64,000 nt of DNA from positions 1,984,001-2,048,000 of the forward strand of contig OZ242351.1 in the NCBI GenBank assembly GCA_965208675.1. The letters are read 5' to 3'. Both the position numbers and the translations under genes were made by a program. This document shows, one piece after another, positions 59,729 through 64,000 of this stretch (its first letter is position 1; each line of letters starts with the position of its first letter). Under the pieces are notes generated by a model. That model saw only the letters and a program-made list of their open reading frames with translations. It did no database searches and was not told where the DNA came from. This DNA is from Candidatus Poribacteria bacterium (lineage in GTDB: Bacteria > Poribacteria > WGA-4E > PCPOR2b).

Positions 59729-60682
59729 CTAAAACATCACATTTAGTGAAATGCGCTGCGTCGTGTTGTTCTCAAGATTACCAGTGAGAATCTGGAAAGC
59801 GTAGTCCAGTTGGAGGTTGAACTCTGAAATGGGAATTCTCGCGCTCCCGCCGACTACGACAGCGCCCGCGCCATTCACTCCGCTTGATACCGCATAGCCG
59901 CCGCGAACGCCTATGGATTGATTGAACCACACTTCCGCACCGGCGTGAATCTGGCGATTTCCATCTCGAAAACTAACGTCGAGGAGCCCGACGCTGGATT
60001 TTAGTGCTTCACGCAGGGACTCCTGCGCAATGGTCTCTGCAATCGCCTCAAGGCTGTACGCAAATCCGGTGCGCATATTGACAGGAATTTTATCCTCATT
60101 TGCCTCAGAGACACTAATATCCGCCGGAAGCAGGTTTTCCACCGAAAGCCCCCAACTAAATCCTGGCACCGGTTTTGCTAGCAAACCGACATCAAATGAA
60201 AACGCGGAAGCAGCGGTTTTCTCGGCAAAATACGGATTGGCGCGAACGGATTCATTTTCTTCATCGTAGCGCGTCCCCAGGGATTTGAGGTTTACGCCAA
60301 ACGCAAATTTCTGTAAGAACGATTTGCCGTAAGAGAGTTTTATAGTCTGTTCATCATAAATTTCAGATTCTTCGCTGAGAATACCGATGCTTAATCCTAG
60401 TGTGCCAGCGGCTGCGAGCGGCAATATGCCGCCGATGTAGTCGTAACGGATAAGTCCTTGGAACCGCTGTGCATACGTCGCACTTAACTGGTATTTATCA
60501 ATAAAACCGAGACCCGCAGCGTTATAATGTGCGGCATTGCCATCGTCCGCTATGGCGACGAAAGCGCCGCCCAACCCCAGCGGGCGTGCTCCCACGCCGA
60601 TATCGTTGAATGCAGCGAAGACTAAACCGCCAGGTACAAATAAAACCGCAATTGCAGAGATGACGATTTTCAATTTTATCAT
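59729..60682 (-). CDS. PorV/UPF0164-like outer membrane beta-barrel
   Basis: GVGARPLGLGGAFVAIADD..A.HYNAAGL, LDYAF, terminal Phe. Confidence 0.85.
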   Translation of the reverse strand: MIKLKIVISAIAVLFVPGGLVFAAFNDIGVGARPLGLGGAFVAIADDGNAAHYNAAGLGFIDKYQLSATYAQRFQGLIRYDYIGGILPLAAAGTLGLSIGILSEESEIYDEQTIKLSYGKSFLQKFAFGVNLKSLGTRYDEENESVRANPYFAEKTAASAFSFDVGLLAKPVPGFSWGLSVENLLPADISVSEANEDKIPVNMRTGFAYSLEAIAETIAQESLREALKSSVGLLDVSFRDGNRQIHAGAEVWFNQSIGVRGGYAVSSGVNGAGAVVVGGSARIPISEFNLQLDYAFQILTGNLENNTTQRISLNVMF

Positions 60683-60955
60683 ATTTTCTCACCTTTCAAT
60701 GTCTTTTGTGTAAAGCCGAAACCCGATAAAATAGTATCAAATGACCTGATGATAGTTGGAATGCGCGTGGTTACTGACTTCGAGCCATCATCAAATGAGC
60801 GAGTTAGGTTGGCTTAACTAGCCTATCCTTCAAGAAATTCATTGGGTTTGGCTAGAAGCATGACAAAGTATATCAAAAAGGCTATCGCGTGCCAAGCCGA
60901 TGCCAAAGAAAGAGACGTTGTTTTCCCAAGTCTAAGCAATAATAGGCGTATTCTG

Positions 60956-61849
60956 TCATTGCAAGTCTCCTGTAGGTTTGGAACTGGACGGCACGTTGTT
61001 ATCTTTGTCGTCGTCCAAGTTTGCGTTGATGTCATTGAGCGAATGTTGAGGAATAAGGTCGAGATATTGAGAAATGACGCGCTTGGAAAGTTTGGTAATC
61101 TGAGAGATTTTGTCAATATCATCAGTAGCGGTGCGAACAATCTTAACCGACTCATAATCACGGATGTATCGGTCAACAGCTTCTTTGGAGTGCTTGGTCT
61201 CAGCCGCAATGGTTGGCGTCAGATACCCTTGTAGATAAAGGGTGATAATCTCTTTCTTGTGGGTAATTGCTGCTGACAAATCGTGAATGTTGCCGCGGGT
61301 GGGCAAGATTTTTCCACTGGTGCTTTGCCACTCATTGACATACGCACTGACCACCGGGTCTCGGACGTTGAGCAACACAGCCAGGTCTAGTTGAGTCAAC
61401 AATGCCCCTTGGTCATAGGCTTGATAACACCATCGCACCAATCGATGAATTCTGAGTTCACGAGAGCTGAAGCCGCTGTAATAGTGTTCAATGTCCTCGG
61501 GGGCGAGAAAGCTTAAAACCACAGGTTTCATGCGGGTTTTAACGATTGACTTGGCTTTCTGTGGATATTCGTCAATCGGTACAGCCATCCAAACCAGTTG
61601 ACCATAGCTAAGCAGTCGTTCGTTAGGGAGTTGTTCGCCGGAGGCTAGTTTATCAAGTGGCAAGCGAATCAGGAAATAGTCCTCAATGGTTTTGACGATG
61701 TCATCGACAATGGCTTTGGCAGTCACTTCGCCTTTGTCATACCCATAGGAATTGATAAAGCGATGAATCAGCAACTGCCGCAACGATTTATCATTGATAC
61801 GTCTGATTTTCTTCTCGTTGATTTGGGTTCGCGTCAATGATTTACTCAT
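60956..61849 (-). CDS. DUF1670 family protein (second paralog)
   Basis: RLVRWCYQAYDQGALLTQLDLAVLL, LPTRGNIHDL..ITHK..I.LYLQGY..IA..TKHSKEAVDRYIRDY. Confidence 0.85.
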   Translation of the reverse strand: MSKSLTRTQINEKKIRRINDKSLRQLLIHRFINSYGYDKGEVTAKAIVDDIVKTIEDYFLIRLPLDKLASGEQLPNERLLSYGQLVWMAVPIDEYPQKAKSIVKTRMKPVVLSFLAPEDIEHYYSGFSSRELRIHRLVRWCYQAYDQGALLTQLDLAVLLNVRDPVVSAYVNEWQSTSGKILPTRGNIHDLSAAITHKKEIITLYLQGYLTPTIAAETKHSKEAVDRYIRDYESVKIVRTATDDIDKISQITKLSKRVISQYLDLIPQHSLNDINANLDDDKDNNVPSSSKPTGDLQ

Positions 61850-62646
61850 GAGTGCTCCCCCTTTTTTTCATCAACGGGTTCAGGACGAAGTAAAGTCGTC
61901 ATTCGCTCTGTATGTTTGTATTCATCATACAGGGCTAGGTACTCACGAATCAATCGGTCAGAGAGATGGGTGATGAGCCGTATCTGTTCCTTTGGAAAGT
62001 CTTGATGATGGAGCGTTGCTACCTGAGTGAAATTACGCAAGTATCGCAACACGGCGCGTTCGGTATGGTTCGTCTTTCGCTCAATGTCAGTGAATTGATA
62101 GCCTTTAAAGTACAGTTCTAGGATTTGGGTTTTATGAGAAATGCCGGGGCCCATGTCGTGCTTGGCGCCGCGAGTCATTACAAAGAACCCTTGCTGTTTC
62201 AACTGTCGGATATCGCGTTTGACGGTCGCCGGGCTGGAGGTTAATAGCACGGCTAAATCTTCATAGCTGAGCAAAGCGTCTTGTTCATAGGCTTGTTTGG
62301 TTAACCGTAAGATTCGATGTCGTCTGAGTGCTGCAAGTCCATTGTTGGCTAACACCTCAAGGTCGGTGTGCACATCATTGAGGGTGAGTTGGCAGGAGAC
62401 CTTTTTGGCTAAGGCGATGTGTTTACCTGCGGGTTCGTCGGCGGCTACGGCTTCATAGCAGATTTGGCCTGATGTGAGTTTGATATCGGCGTGTTGGGCA
62501 AAGTAGGAAGAAATCTGATTATAGTAGGCTTCGGCAAGAATAGGCATCAGATTGAAGTCTGACGCAATCTTCTGAATAATTGCCGCTCTCGCCGTCTTTG
62601 ATTCCAGACGATTGATACCGTAGTTTGAATGACGTTGTGGTTTCAT
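61846..62646 (-). CDS. DUF1670 family protein (first paralog)
   Basis: GGAGGT RBS before ATG 62646; RILRLTKQAYEQDALLSYEDLAVLL, TRGAKHDMGPGISHK..LYFKGY..TNHTERAVLRY; ATGA-coupled to second paralog. Confidence 0.85.
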   Translation of the reverse strand: MKPQRHSNYGINRLESKTARAAIIQKIASDFNLMPILAEAYYNQISSYFAQHADIKLTSGQICYEAVAADEPAGKHIALAKKVSCQLTLNDVHTDLEVLANNGLAALRRHRILRLTKQAYEQDALLSYEDLAVLLTSSPATVKRDIRQLKQQGFFVMTRGAKHDMGPGISHKTQILELYFKGYQFTDIERKTNHTERAVLRYLRNFTQVATLHHQDFPKEQIRLITHLSDRLIREYLALYDEYKHTERMTTLLRPEPVDEKKGEHS

Positions 62647-62819
62647 AATGACCTCCATGGATTCATGGTGATTGATGGAAATACCATCTGTTATCAGTTT
62701 AGCTCATGGGGTCATTTGATACAAACTATAAACGCGTTGGAAACGTATATGACGCTTTTAAAGTATATATTTTGTTGCACGATTGGGACTGTCCTTTCGT
62801 TTCAGAAATCGAAAAAATG

Positions 62820-62849
62820 TTGACATGTACCGCAGGAGGTTTATAAAAT
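62820..62849 (+). promoter_or_regulatory. Sigma70-type promoter
   Basis: TTGACA-18 bp-TAAAAT upstream of the BNR-repeat gene. Confidence 0.55.
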
Positions 62850-62958
62850 AACGGCAGTTGCCGGTCTGGAATCCTCAATCTTAAATTTTATATGCAAACC
62901 GATTGTCCTTTCAGCAGGTCAGCATAGCAAGGTTGTTGTCGACAAAAAAGGATTTCGC

Positions 62959-63924
62959 ATGATATTAATCAGCACACAAAACGGTATTTACGGCTGGGAT
63001 GAATCCAGCCAAACTCTTAGCCGCTACGCCTTGGAAGGCAAGGACATCCGCCAAGTTGCCGCTACGCTCGACGGAACGTTATTTGCTTACAATGCCGAGG
63101 GAGCGATCTGGACTAGCAGCAACCGGGGAAAATCCTGGGATTGGATTGCGAACTCCCCTATAAACGAGGAGATTACCCTACTCTTCGTTCATCCGATTGA
63201 CGACGACATTTATTTTGGTACCGAACCGCCCAAGATCTACCGTTACAACTGTACCGATCAAGACTGGGAATTAGTAACAGATTTACGCACGCTCGAAACT
63301 TCTAAATCTTGGTACACCCCTTGGGGCGGTCCGCCCGCCGTGCGGAGCGCCGCGCCAGCTTACAGGGATGGACTCTACCTAAATATTCACGTTGGCGGTG
63401 TTTTGCGAACTCTGGACCGCGGTGCAACGTGGCAACCGACAAATAATGGGCTCGAATTAGACGTTCATGAAGTTGCTACGTGCCGTGAACGCGAGCATGC
63501 ACTATACACGGCGACTGCAGACGGCTTTTATCTGAGCGAGGATGGCGGCGCATCGTGGAAAGCACGTAATAATGGATTAGCAATCCGCTATTCACGCGGC
63601 ATAGCCATCCATCCAGACCAACCGGAGACCATCCTCATTAGCGGCTCGCCAACATCTCCGTGGGGTTGGCGCACCCATGGAAAACGGTTTTCCCTTTTCC
63701 GTACTACTGATGACGGCGCGCGATGGAAGCAAGTGTCCCACGGGTTTCCCGAAGAGTGCGCTTCGGAAATCGACACGCACGGCATCGCATTCTCCCGAGA
63801 AATTTCCGACCATGTTCTGTGCGGTGTACGCTCGGGCGAACTCTATGCCAGCAGCGACGCAGGTGAGTCTTGGTCCACTGTAGCTGCCAACCTGCCGTCC
63901 ATACGCAGTTTAGCCGCCCTTTAA
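62959..63924 (+). CDS. BNR/Asp-box beta-propeller protein (sialidase/glycosyl hydrolase-like)
   Basis: Repeated S/TxDxGxSW boxes: SSNRGKSW, TLDRGATW, SEDGGASW, TTDDGARW, SSDAGESW. Confidence 0.88.
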   Translation: MILISTQNGIYGWDESSQTLSRYALEGKDIRQVAATLDGTLFAYNAEGAIWTSSNRGKSWDWIANSPINEEITLLFVHPIDDDIYFGTEPPKIYRYNCTDQDWELVTDLRTLETSKSWYTPWGGPPAVRSAAPAYRDGLYLNIHVGGVLRTLDRGATWQPTNNGLELDVHEVATCREREHALYTATADGFYLSEDGGASWKARNNGLAIRYSRGIAIHPDQPETILISGSPTSPWGWRTHGKRFSLFRTTDDGARWKQVSHGFPEECASEIDTHGIAFSREISDHVLCGVRSGELYASSDAGESWSTVAANLPSIRSLAAL

Positions 63925-64000
63925 GAAAAAACCTCATTTCCATCGCGCAATTTCAATCCTACGGCGACCATTCGCCCGGCGCGTTCGGCTGCGTCGGCAA

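Larger units (their letters stand above)
60734..62722. mobile_element. Putative IS-like element: DUF1670 gene pair bounded by 13-bp perfect inverted repeats
   Basis: Left GTATCAAATGACC (60734-60746), right GGTCATTTGATAC (62710-62722), extendable to 17/19; encloses only the two DUF1670 genes; no target duplication. Confidence 0.7.

Noticed and set aside
60823-61234. ORFs 60823-61209 (-) and 60842-61234 (+)
   Set aside because: Alternative-frame or antisense overlaps of the DUF1670 gene with no RBS or motif support.
60726-62730. Target-site duplication around the DUF1670 element
   Set aside because: Flanking 8-mers ATAAAATA and AAACTATA match at only 5 of 8 AT-rich positions; not a credible duplication.

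Overview
Bacterial chromosomal window; the gene content (ankyrins, PorV-like barrel plus FlgD-tailed protein, RFAP synthase, many REP families) is reminiscent of Poribacteria-type genomes, but that is only an inference. 1-19.4 kb is mostly housekeeping: thrS (5' part), a split DUF6178-like pair, DUF2617 + polyamine aminopropyltransferase, TolC/ABC, RFAP synthase, ATP-grasp, a MoxR-DUF58-vWA operon, an rmlB-like dehydratase, mutL and tRNA-Asn. 19.5-29.6 kb is a same-strand run of small VOC/PhnB/SRPBCC/GyrI/ankyrin/DNA-repair genes. 29.7-53.9 kb is a nested defence island: ABC-ATPase + nuclease pair, then a DUF499/DUF1156/SNF2 restriction-like (BREX-related) system with a Menshen-like triad and an unclassified Ser/Thr kinase + TPR pair inserted between helicase and methylase, a RAYT with REP arrays before DUF499, and a TM0106 nuclease-helicase coupled downstream. 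The most novel-looking element is at 60734-62722: two tandem DUF1670 genes bounded by perfect 13-bp inverted repeats with no target duplication and no recognisable transposase, possibly an undescribed mobile element with a tyrosine-recombinase-like mechanism. All family calls are from motif recognition by eye; no searches were run.
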